From an uncultured Gammaproteobacteria bacterium (lineage in GTDB: Bacteria; Patescibacteriota; Patescibacteriia; JAHIZJ01), in NCBI GenBank assembly GCA_964371245.1, contig CAYJKP010000002.1, positions 46,239 to 100,959 on the forward strand: a stretch of DNA of 54,721 nt, given 5' to 3'. Position numbers and translations under genes: made by a program. Within the stretch, counting starts at the first letter, position 1, and each line of letters opens with the position of its first letter. Below, piece after piece: positions 1 through 8,900 of this stretch. The notes below the pieces were generated by a model. The model ran no database searches. It had not been told where the DNA came from and worked only from the letters and a program-made list of their open reading frames with translations.

Positions 1-244
1 CCGGAATACATTGCAAGGCCGCGCAGGCTAAATGTTCGTCAGAACCGGCGGCACACGAACCGTCTGAACACTGGTTGCCCCCGGCACCCGCCACCACGAC
101 GCAGTCCGTGCCGCTGCATTCCGTGTGGGTATCGCCACTCCCGGTACAATCGGGATCGCCGCTACATTCATCCGGCGCGGCACCGCTGACCGGAATACAT
201 TGCAAGGCCGCGCAGGCTAAATGTTCGTCAGAACCGGCGGCACA
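1..244. repeat. 55-bp exact direct repeat (1-55 and 190-244; period 189 bp = 63 codons) encoding Cys-rich units
   Basis: ccggaatacattgcaaggccgcgcaggctaaatgttcgtcagaaccggcggcaca occurs twice; the minus strand encodes CAAGSDEHLACAALQCIP. Confidence 0.9.
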
Positions 245-2278
245 GGGCTTATCAAACGACACAGCATTACTGTTTTTTCCACCGACGCGCACTCTGACCG
301 GATAGGGAGCCGCTCGATCTGGCACCTGCGCATCGGTCACCGTCGCCTTTACCTCGGTGGCATTCCACGAGGTGGTTGTCACCGTATTCGTGCCAAAAAG
401 TAAATCACCCGTCGTGCCAAAGCCGTCGCCGGTCAGCGTTACGTCCGTACCGTCACCACCGCAAGTCGGAGTAATATCACACACACCGGGCCCCGTATTA
501 GTGCTAATTTCAAACGGGCTCAGGTTTGAACGACGGTTATCACTTCTGACCACTTGAACAAGCAACAGATCACCGACGGCAAATCCGACCGGCACTTTCA
601 CAATAATCTGAGTGTCAGTCCACCAGGTATCGCAGGTTGGCTGGTCGCCAGGAAAACTATTGCCACCTATTTTCCTAAACAAAACCTGGCCCGGAGCAGC
701 GCCAAAATCCGTCCCCATCAGCGTGACAAAGCGCCCATCCGCACCATCATCCGGGCTCATGGTCCGAATATGCGGCGACTGGACGTCAAAATCCTTTTCA
801 TTGCTTTCCTGCGGCCCGACAAGTACTTTTACGCCGCCGTCGATCGCGCCATTGCTGTTACCGCCACCGGCCGGGACCTGAACAACAATTTGCGTGTTAT
901 TCCAGCTCTGGATGCAGGCGTTCGTTGCATAAAAATTCGCGTCGAAACAGCGGTTGTCAACTTCGTCGTTATTATTGAAGACAACCATGTTCGCGATGTC
1001 CGTAAAATTATTGCCGTTTATGGTCACCGCCTGCTCATACAAGCCAAAGGCTGGATTGATATTCGTGATTTCGGGCTTGCAGTCAGCCTGGCTTCCGGTT
1101 GTAAAATCCCAAGAATAATCGTCGGCCGGAGTCCCGTCGATCGTACCATTCCCATTGCCGTCGATCGGATTGCCGCAGGCGTCCGCGATGCCGTCCGGGC
1201 CGCTCTTTAACGTAATCGTATAATTTGAATTGGCCGTCATCGGTCCGCTGGCTGTGAATGTCATGACCGTGTCGCTCATCGCGTCTACCCGCGTCGCCGT
1301 GAGATTGCCCGGACCGTTGATGGTAATATTTTCAGACTTAAAGGTAAATACGTCCATCGCTTCGCTGAATGCCACCACAAACGTCGGCGTCAGACAGACG
1401 TCGGTTGCTCCGTCAGCCGGCGACGTCTGGAGTATCTGGGGTGGCAATTCATCCATCGTCGTCCCCGTCTTGAATTGCCAGGTGTATTGCTGGTCAATCG
1501 AATCGCCGTCCTGGGCGACCACCGTCAGCGGAATATTCGCCACGAAATCCGTATTCGGCTCTAGATCGTTATCCGGCTGAAACTTCATCCAGATATCATT
1601 CGGGGTATAAGTGATCGTACCGGCCACATTGCCGCCGGCTACCTTATCGAGCGTGATATTGCCGTTATTTTCCACCACTGCCTCACTGAATTTCACCTGG
1701 ACCGAACGGCAGAGACTGACCTCATCTTCATTGTCATACGGTGAACGCGAGGTGACGGTGATATATGACGGGTTGCCACCAGGACCAACGCAGTCGCTGT
1801 TATCAACGCAGTTGCCGCTGCCCCCATTCATCATCACGCACTGATTTCCGACACACTGAAGCGCCTGTCCGCCTGGTGGCCCGCCGCTGCCGCCCTCAGT
1901 CACGCCCTGGATGACAAACCAAACGATCGCCCAGGCGAGCAATAAAATGACGATGCCGATGATCGCGGCCATGATAACTTTCTTCGCCCGCTCGACTCGA
2001 TCAGCGTTGCCGGCCGCGGTCAACCATAAAATGCCGCCGTAGATAATCATAATCACCGCGATCAAAGCCAGAAAGCCGAGCGCCCACTGGATGATTGTGA
2101 CAATCTGCTGGTCAAGCGGAATCGTCGAATACCCCATCTGCTGGGCAAACTGGTTGCTAATCGAGAGGGCCAGGGCGTTCGACGGCGCAAGTATCTCATA
2201 ACCGAGAATCAAAAAACCCCCCACGAGAATTACTGCCGTGAAGACGCCTTGGAAGAAATTTTTTTGTGTCTGTTTCAT
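1..2278 (-). CDS. Large surface protein (3' end outside the window): VirB2/TrbC-like pilin domain, 2 Big_5-like Ig domains, 3 IPT/TIG-like domains and Cys-rich repeats
   Basis: Absent from the ORF track because there is no stop in the window. Translated by hand from ATG at 2278: MKQTQKNFF...IIQWALGFLALIAVIMIIYGGILWLTAAGNADRVERAKKVIMAAIIGIVILLLAWAIV (pilin motif); SRSPYDNEDEV and QTSPADGATDV (Big_5 starts); ITNINP, IRTMSP and CDITP with W(N/T)DTQI-like motifs (IPT). The frame stays open to position 1. Confidence 0.85.
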   Translation of the reverse strand, partial: MKQTQKNFFQGVFTAVILVGGFLILGYEILAPSNALALSISNQFAQQMGYSTIPLDQQIVTIIQWALGFLALIAVIMIIYGGILWLTAAGNADRVERAKKVIMAAIIGIVILLLAWAIVWFVIQGVTEGGSGGPPGGQALQCVGNQCVMMNGGSGNCVDNSDCVGPGGNPSYITVTSRSPYDNEDEVSLCRSVQVKFSEAVVENNGNITLDKVAGGNVAGTITYTPNDIWMKFQPDNDLEPNTDFVANIPLTVVAQDGDSIDQQYTWQFKTGTTMDELPPQILQTSPADGATDVCLTPTFVVAFSEAMDVFTFKSENITINGPGNLTATRVDAMSDTVMTFTASGPMTANSNYTITLKSGPDGIADACGNPIDGNGNGTIDGTPADDYSWDFTTGSQADCKPEITNINPAFGLYEQAVTINGNNFTDIANMVVFNNNDEVDNRCFDANFYATNACIQSWNNTQIVVQVPAGGGNSNGAIDGGVKVLVGPQESNEKDFDVQSPHIRTMSPDDGADGRFVTLMGTDFGAAPGQVLFRKIGGNSFPGDQPTCDTWWTDTQIIVKVPVGFAVGDLLLVQVVRSDNRRSNLSPFEISTNTGPGVCDITPTCGGDGTDVTLTGDGFGTTGDLLFGTNTVTTTSWNATEVKATVTDAQVPDRAAPYPVRVRVGGKNSNAVSFDKPCAAGSDEHLACAALQCIPVSGAAPDECSGDPDCTGSGDTHTECSGTDCVVVAGAGGNQCSDGSCAAGSDEHLACAALQCIP

Positions 2279-2288
2279 GAAATGATTG

Positions 2289-2762
2289 TTAGGCTTTTGG
2301 CTTGGCCAGTTGCTCTTTGACCACCTGGCTGACGACGTTGCCTGGGCCGCGCGGACCGACGCGCTTCATCGTCTCACCCATGACGCGGCCGAAATTGAGC
2401 CCGGCCGGATCCGCGCTCTCGTCGATGACCGACTGAACGATCTGACGAATTTCCTCAGTCGACAGCTCAGCCGGTAAAAACGTCTTCAAAATCTCGAGCT
2501 CCTGCTGTTCGCGCTCAGCCAGTTCATTTCGACCGCCGGCTTTATAGGCCGTGATCGACTCCTCGCGTTTGCGCGTTTCCGTTTTGATGACTTTCATCAC
2601 CGCTTCATCGGTCAGGGGTTCGCGTTTGTTGGCGATTTCATAATTTTTCAAGGCAGACAAAAGCATGCGTAACGTCGATATTTCTACCTCGTTCCGCTGC
2701 TTTTGCGCATCCTTTAGTTTTTTTTCGATGTCTTTCGCGATCGCCACGCGCTGGTCGCTCAA
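2289..2762 (-). CDS. yqeY: GatB/YqeY domain protein
   Basis: LRMLLSALKNYEI...KREESITAYKAGGRNELAEREQQELEILKTFLPAELS...FGRVMG; conserved position after rpsU. Confidence 0.93.
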   Translation of the reverse strand: MSDQRVAIAKDIEKKLKDAQKQRNEVEISTLRMLLSALKNYEIANKREPLTDEAVMKVIKTETRKREESITAYKAGGRNELAEREQQELEILKTFLPAELSTEEIRQIVQSVIDESADPAGLNFGRVMGETMKRVGPRGPGNVVSQVVKEQLAKPKA

Positions 2763-3025
2763 TTCTTTTTAAACCCTCGATACGGGCGCCGGCCATCCTT
2801 ATCCAGCCATTCATCAAGTTTACCAATCTTCTTCAAATATTCGCGATGATCGTGAAGTTCTTTCCGACGGATCGCTTCTTCGCGTACTTGGCGCTTGTTT
2901 TTGTCTCGTTCGTAAAATCGTCGACGTTTTGCCCGAATGAGTAGTCCGCTTTGTTGTACCTTCCGCGTAAACCGTCGAATAAGACTTTCGCCAGATTCAC
3001 CTTCCTTGCGACGGACTTCTACCAC
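2759..3025 (-). CDS. rpsU: 30S ribosomal protein S21 (bS21)
   Basis: VEVRRKEGESGESLIRRFTRKVQQSG...RRFYE; GTG start preceded by GGGGAGGTGA Shine-Dalgarno. Confidence 0.92.
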   Translation of the reverse strand: MVEVRRKEGESGESLIRRFTRKVQQSGLLIRAKRRRFYERDKNKRQVREEAIRRKELHDHREYLKKIGKLDEWLDKDGRRPYRGFKKN

Positions 3026-3092
3026 AAATAGTCACCTCCCCTTTTGGGAATCTTACCTAAAGGTAGTTAGATAATTGAAAAATATCGTTTTT

Positions 3093-3121
3093 AATATACC
3101 ACGGATTTTTAGATTGGTCAA
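3093..3121 (-). promoter_or_regulatory. Sigma70-type promoter for rpsU-yqeY
   Basis: TTGACC-17 nt-TATATT with TGn extension (TGGTATATT). Confidence 0.65.
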
Positions 3122-3126
3122 ATTGA

Positions 3127-3477
3127 TCAAACTGCCTTTATTTTTCGGCCTGAAAGCACGTGGATGTGGACATGTGGGACAATTTGACCGGCTGACTCGC
3201 CGTTATTGATAACAATTTTAAAACCGTCAAGCACCAGCGTTTCAGCTACCTTTTGCACGCCCTGCATGAGCCGAGAAAAAATCTCCGACTCAGCCGGGGT
3301 GATACCCATAATCGTTCCGAAGTGCTTTTTCGGAACACACAGGACATGGGTCTCTGCCTTGGGATAGATATCGCGGAACGCCAATATCCAGTCGTCTTCG
3401 TAAACAATGTCCGCCGGCAGGTTTTTGGCGACGATTTTACAGAAAAGGCAGTCAGGATTTGTCTGGGGTTGGCTCAT
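3127..3477 (-). CDS. Histidine triad (HIT) nucleotide-binding protein
   Basis: DCLFCKIV...AFRDIYPKAETHVLCVPKKH...GQIVPHVHIHVLSG (HxHxH triad). Confidence 0.95.
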   Translation of the reverse strand: MSQPQTNPDCLFCKIVAKNLPADIVYEDDWILAFRDIYPKAETHVLCVPKKHFGTIMGITPAESEIFSRLMQGVQKVAETLVLDGFKIVINNGESAGQIVPHVHIHVLSGRKIKAV

Positions 3478-4882
3478 CAGTGGTGGTATGGGAGATAATG
3501 ATACCGTTGTTGTGCGAGGCTTTCATAAGACGACGTTTCAATTCCGGAACGATTTTTTCGAAATTGATCACTTCTTGCGTACCGCTTTCCATGTCACGCA
3601 TCAGGATTGTGCCGTCGATGATCTCCTTTTGTCCGAGAATCAGGGCAATCTTGATGTTCAAGCGATTGGCAATTTCCAGCTGCGGCTTGATGCCGTCTTT
3701 TGAAAAACTTTCACCGGCGACGACGCCTTCTCGGCGCAGCATCTCAAAGAGTTTCAGGGCTTTCCGCCGCGAGAGATCGCCGAGCTGGGCGACAAACACG
3801 TCCGGCGGTTCCTGGCCTTTGACGAATACCTGCCGCTCTTTTAACAAGTTGATGACGCGTTCCATGCCGACAGCAAAACCAACCGCCGGGGTCGGCCGGC
3901 CACCGAGCAATTCAGCCAGGCCATCATACCGGCCGCCGCCGCCGAGCGCGTTTTGTCCCCCGCTGGCTTCTTCGCTCGGCCAGATTTCAAACGTGGTCCG
4001 CGAATAGTAATCCAAGCCGCGGATGATGCGCGAATTTAAGGTGTATGGTAGTTCCAGCGCGTCCAGATATTCCAATACCTGCGTGAAGTGTTTATGATCC
4101 TCTTCGTCGAGAAAATCGATAATCTGAGGGGCATCGAGCGAGAGTTCGACGCACGTTGGGTTTTTACAATCCAGGACGCGCAGCGGGTTCTTGACCAGGC
4201 GTTTTTTACAATCGTCGCAGAGCTGATTCCGCCGTGGTTTTAAATATTCCGTCAGTTCCCGTTTATACCGATTGCGACTGGCGAGATTGCCGAGACTGTT
4301 GACCTGCAAACTGACGTCGAGGCCGAGCGTCTTGAAAAAGTTATAGGCAACCAACATGATTTGGGCGTCAATGACCGCCTGACCGTCGCCCAGGGCTTCA
4401 AAACCGAACTGATGGAACTCCCGATACCGGCCGGCCTGGGGACGCTCGCGTCGAAACATTGAGCCATAGTAAAAAAGCTTCACTGGCTGGGGCCATGAAA
4501 TCATACCATGCTCAAGATAGGCTCGAACGATCGGCGCCGTGTTTTCAGGACGCAGGACGAGTTGATCGCCGCCCTGATCGGTGAAGGTGTACATTTCTTT
4601 TTCCACGATATCCGTGGCTTCGCCGATTGACCGGACAAACAGGCCCTGCTCCTCGAGAATCGGTGTTTCAATATATTGGTAGCCATAGATCTGGCCGAGC
4701 GCAAAGACGGTTTTCCGAACATGCTCCCAATACACCATTTCGGTCGGCAAAATATCCTTCATCCCACGAATGAGATGGGGCTGTTCATACTTGGCCTTGC
4801 CGTTCGTTTTCTTCGGAATCGGCTCGCCTGTTTCTTTCGCCTCTTTCGGCTCTTTTGATTCTTTCGCGTCTTTCAATGGCAT
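3452..4882 (-). CDS. hisS: Histidine--tRNA ligase (start placed at ATG 4882)
   Basis: RGMKDILP, LVLRPENTAPIVR, FRRERPQAGRYREFHQFGFE, RGLDYYSRTTFE, GGGGRYDGL, GFAVGMERV. Confidence 0.97.
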   Translation of the reverse strand: MPLKDAKESKEPKEAKETGEPIPKKTNGKAKYEQPHLIRGMKDILPTEMVYWEHVRKTVFALGQIYGYQYIETPILEEQGLFVRSIGEATDIVEKEMYTFTDQGGDQLVLRPENTAPIVRAYLEHGMISWPQPVKLFYYGSMFRRERPQAGRYREFHQFGFEALGDGQAVIDAQIMLVAYNFFKTLGLDVSLQVNSLGNLASRNRYKRELTEYLKPRRNQLCDDCKKRLVKNPLRVLDCKNPTCVELSLDAPQIIDFLDEEDHKHFTQVLEYLDALELPYTLNSRIIRGLDYYSRTTFEIWPSEEASGGQNALGGGGRYDGLAELLGGRPTPAVGFAVGMERVINLLKERQVFVKGQEPPDVFVAQLGDLSRRKALKLFEMLRREGVVAGESFSKDGIKPQLEIANRLNIKIALILGQKEIIDGTILMRDMESGTQEVINFEKIVPELKRRLMKASHNNGIIISHTTTDEPTPDKS

Positions 4883-4891
4883 GGCGTGCAA

Positions 4892-5548
4892 TTATATTGT
4901 CGGATGACAGTTTTTCGAATAATTGGGCTGGTGGAATACAGTCCAGCTGTTAAACGGCCAGGCCCGAATCCAGGTCCGCCCGACGATGTATTTCTTCGCA
5001 ATCGGTCCAATGCGGCGGGAATCGAGGCTTTCCGGTCGATTGTCGCCGAGGACATAATATTCGTCCGACCCTAAGGTAACAGTTTCAGTACCGCTGGTAT
5101 TGAGATCGCCGAGATAGTCACATTCCTGGAGTACTTCGCCAAGCGGCGCTTGGCTATTTTTTATCGTGATAAGGCCATTCCGTATCTGGACTGTTTCTCC
5201 GGGCAGACCGATTACCCGTTTGATAAAAAACTGGGAAAGGTTTTGCGGGTATCGGAAAACAATGATGTCGCCCCGTTCCGGCTTTGAAAAGCGATAGCTG
5301 ATTTCGTCGATGACGAGATACTGATTGTCATAGAAGGTCGGCTCCATCGAGGCGCCTTTTACGTAGAATGGCTGGATGAGAAAATACCGGACCGGGATGA
5401 TAATTGCCAGCGAAATAACAATAACCTTGATGATTTCGATCATGAAGCCGCCGGCCGATTTTACGAAGCCAGTGCCTTTTGGATCGTCGGTTTCCTTTGG
5501 CAGCTCAACACCAGGACGTGGTTTGTTGATCTTTTCGAGAAATGTCAT
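4892..5548 (-). CDS. lepB: Signal peptidase I
   Basis: One TM helix, then GASMEPT (catalytic Ser), RGDIIVF, IKRVIGLPGE (catalytic Lys) and GDNRPESLDSR. Confidence 0.95.
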   Translation of the reverse strand: MTFLEKINKPRPGVELPKETDDPKGTGFVKSAGGFMIEIIKVIVISLAIIIPVRYFLIQPFYVKGASMEPTFYDNQYLVIDEISYRFSKPERGDIIVFRYPQNLSQFFIKRVIGLPGETVQIRNGLITIKNSQAPLGEVLQECDYLGDLNTSGTETVTLGSDEYYVLGDNRPESLDSRRIGPIAKKYIVGRTWIRAWPFNSWTVFHQPNYSKNCHPTI

Positions 5549-5598
5549 GTCTATTTTTTAATAATTTATTATGAGATTGAATGTATAATCGTATATTT

Positions 5599-5733
5599 GC
5601 GCAACCCACAGACCGTGATGATTCTTAAACTGGGGCCCCCGGCACATTCCGATGTGCTGGGGAAAGGGGCGCGCGGTCTAAGGGTGGAGCGAGAGACGGA
5701 ATCGGCTCGCGCACAACCCGCAGACCGTGATGA
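5599..5733. repeat. 23-bp imperfect direct repeat (5599-5621, 5711-5733) enclosing GC-rich hairpins; candidate structured RNA
   Basis: gcgcaacccacagaccgtgatga vs gcacaacccgcagaccgtgatga; the inner segment gcggtctaagggtg is complementary to both copies. Confidence 0.7.
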
Positions 5734-5737
5734 CCCG

Positions 5738-5814
5738 TGGTGGTCGCACCTGGGCTCGAACCAGGGACCTTACGGATGTGAACCGTACGCTCTAACCAAC
5801 TGAGCTATGCGACC
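5738..5814 (-). tRNA. tRNA-Val (anticodon CAC), CCA encoded
   Basis: GGTCGCATAGCTCAGTTGGTTAGAGCGTACGGTTCACATCCGTAAGGTCCCTGGTTCGAGCCCAGGTGCGACCACCA: 7-bp acceptor stem, D-loop, TACGG/CCGTA anticodon stem, GTTCGA T-loop. Confidence 0.97.
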
Positions 5815-5895
5815 GTGCTTCGAAACCACAAGTAAAAAAACACTATTGATACGTAATATATTTCTTTTCTGCTAATATTCGCAAAAAGTGAATCT

Positions 5896-5924
5896 ATTAT
5901 ACCATAAGAAAATTAAAAAAGCAA
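5896..5924 (-). promoter_or_regulatory. Sigma70-type promoter for tRNA-Val
   Basis: TTGCTT-17 nt-TATAAT with TGn extension. Confidence 0.65.
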
Positions 5925-5944
5925 ACATTCTATTGCTTCCCTTT

Positions 5945-8900
5945 TTACGATATTGTAATCGTTAGCGTGCCAGAATAATCACCAATTCGCCGGAGATTTA
6001 GGTTGCCGATGGATAACACCGGTTCGATGTAATATTTGCCCATGCCATAGCTCGGGTTTCCGGGGCAGCCGGTTGTGCACGCGTCCGCATCAACAACCGT
6101 AATGCTCGAATCAGGATCCAATGTGTTACTCGAGGCGGCGCAGACGCCGGCGCTCGGACATGAGCCGAGTTCGGCGCCATAGCGGGCGGTTACCGTGTCA
6201 TTTGGATCGAAGGTAACGTCGCCCGCTCGGATGAGATCATGATTGTACCAGCCGGTGGCGGTATAGGTCGATGCGCCGATTTGCAACCCGTAGACCAAAT
6301 AATATTGATTCCTATTTATCTGTAATGGTGTATGAGGCAGATAGGCGTACGTGCCCGTTCCGATATAAATAGCATTATGCCAAGCCGAACCGTCATATTC
6401 CGTATAATAAAGGTATGTACCTAAGTCTACGTCAGTGACGTTATAAAAAACCCACAAGCTCGTGCCATCGGTCGTAATCGATGGATTCGACGCGGTGGAA
6501 CCCACTACTGAACCATCGTAGATAGTTTCTTCGCCTCCCCACGATCCGTTGTACTTCCGGAGGCGGATCTTACCGATATCAGCGATTCCTACGGTTTCCA
6601 CGTATGTTAAATATATGTTACCGCCGCTGTCGCCGATCGCAGAGTATCCATTGCCGGGATCAGCGGTATCGATCTGCGCAGCGCCGTTCCAGGAACCCGT
6701 ATACGTGTCATAGGTAAGCTTAGTTGCTGAATTGCGATAGAAGAGCATGACTTTATCGTTTGCGTACAATACAAGCGAAGGATCGTCGTTCGTCATCGCC
6801 CAGCTCCAAGAGGAAGCCCAGCTTCCCCCGCTCGGTTTACGATAGACCGCGATGCCGTTGCTCGCAGATGCGCCCTTGACTGCTACCATGAGGTCGCCGT
6901 CAGATTCCGCCACGATCGAACATTCCGTATAGACTATTCCGCCACCAGGGGCCACGACTGTTTCTTCGCCCCCGATCGACCATTGCGTGCCGGATTTTGT
7001 CAGGAGACGGTAATTTATGCCATCCCCTCTTTCGTAGCAGAGATGGATATTCTCGCTCGCGTCCATATAGGTCGCCGGGATACTGCTTGACTCTCCGGCG
7101 CCCAGCGGTGATCCGGTAATGGCTTCGGACCAGGTAGCCGTCTTGTCAGAGCTTTTTTTAAACCTCACCGACGTGCCGTCATTGTAGGCAACGACAATGA
7201 TGCCGTCGACAGTCGCCGCGATATTTCTCGTCTGAACGGTCGGTAAACCGTTTGTGCTTTGCGAATAAAACGAGCCGGTCGTAAGGGAGCGCAGATGCTC
7301 GAGCGTCGCGACCGCCGACCAGCCCACGCCCGTACCGCGATCGTCCCAAACCTCGATTTCCTGGCTATTCGACTGAAGCAGGGATGCAGTGGAATCGCCG
7401 GCCGTGCCCAGCGTATAGTCCGTAAACGCGACGCTGGCTGGGCCGTTGTCGCTCAATGAAAAAGTGGCCGTTGTGGTCAGATTCGGATACGAAAAGCCGC
7501 CGGTGGGATTGATCGCCACCGCCAGTGAATTAACCGTGTCATAGGCGCGAAAATAATAAGTTGTGCTCGCGCTAACATTATTGCCCCAGATTGTAAACTC
7601 AAACTCAGTTATTTTATCGGCCGTGAAATCGAAGGTTGATGACGTGCTTCCCGATTCATTATATGTGCCGCTGGTATCGGTATCGCTTAAGACTCGGCTG
7701 TCGATCGTGCCATCATCAGTCGCATTATCGCCATCGTAATAGCACCAAATAGAAAAAGAACACAGACCGACTTCAACCACATTGGTTGCCGTGGCGAACG
7801 TTGAGCTTGTTGAATATTGCAGCTTGAAACGGATGTTATCCTCTCCAGCACCGCCGAGTTCGGCAATTGATAGGCGCAGTTTAATCGGCTCTTTTTTCCC
7901 GATTTTGTCGGGAGGGACGGCGTTTTCTGCCGCGTATGGTACGACCGGCGTGGCCACATCCTCGTCACCATACATCCGCCAGTTCTGCGAATAGGGCGAA
8001 AATATATTACTCACGTTGAAGCGGAAGTCGATATCGTAATAATCATAGTACGTCCAGTTCGCATCAGACGTGCACGTCGTAGTGCAGTACCCGCCCCGCG
8101 AGGCCGTGGCGTTATAATTAAGATTATAATAGTCGCCGCCAGCCGCAATATACGAATAATTTGCCGCTGTCTGGTAATAACATGACGTTGTGGCGGAAGT
8201 CGTGAGCTGGACGCGATATGTTTGGCCCGTCTTCAGATCCACGGTGCTTGAAAGCGCCACGTCATACCACGTGAGAGTTGTGGTTACGGCCGCGGCAGTA
8301 ACGACTGTTCCGGTGGCGAGCTGCGTATCACTGCTATCACGAATATCATATGTCAGGTCAGCGGTTGGGATGCTGCCGCAGGCGCCTGCTTTTTGGATGT
8401 AGAAACCGACCGTGTCGGTCTTCTTTGACGGGCCGTAGACCGTAATCTTTTCAGCCCGGGAATAGTTGACGTAAATAGCCCAATTGGTGTAGGTAGTGTT
8501 TGAATTTCCTTCATCAGTGGCTCCATCAATAAAATAGATAGGTTGGTATCCTTGATTGGACCAAGAAGTACCATTGTACCATTCTGTGTTCGACGCCACA
8601 TCACTGACGTTCCGGTACGGGGTCATGAGGTTGTTCGGCGTTTCCCGCCGGATGCCGATATAATTGGACCCCCCGATAGTGCCAGAAACATACTGGACGA
8701 CGATGTGGTACACCGTACCGGCCGTGAGCGACGGCTGGGCATTTCGCGCAAACGAAAATACGTTCCACCCTGTTGCAGTCGGGGCATTATCGACATACGA
8801 ACTCGCGACGCTGCCGGAAAGCCAGGTTCCAGAAGGGTCGCCGCTAGAATCAGACTGCAAGCCAAACCGATACGTCGGCGATGACACTACGGCGTGCAGA

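Noticed and set aside
554-1844. Plus-strand ORFs in the track (554-1210, 1230-1580 and others)
   Set aside because: Shadows of the minus-strand pilin/Ig gene, which is open throughout.
5610-5737. Hammerhead ribozyme, C/D-box RNA or tRNA att site (GTGATGA motif)
   Set aside because: The hammerhead core needs CUGANGA plus GAAA in the proper stems, no properly placed D box is present, and the repeat does not copy the tRNA 3' end.
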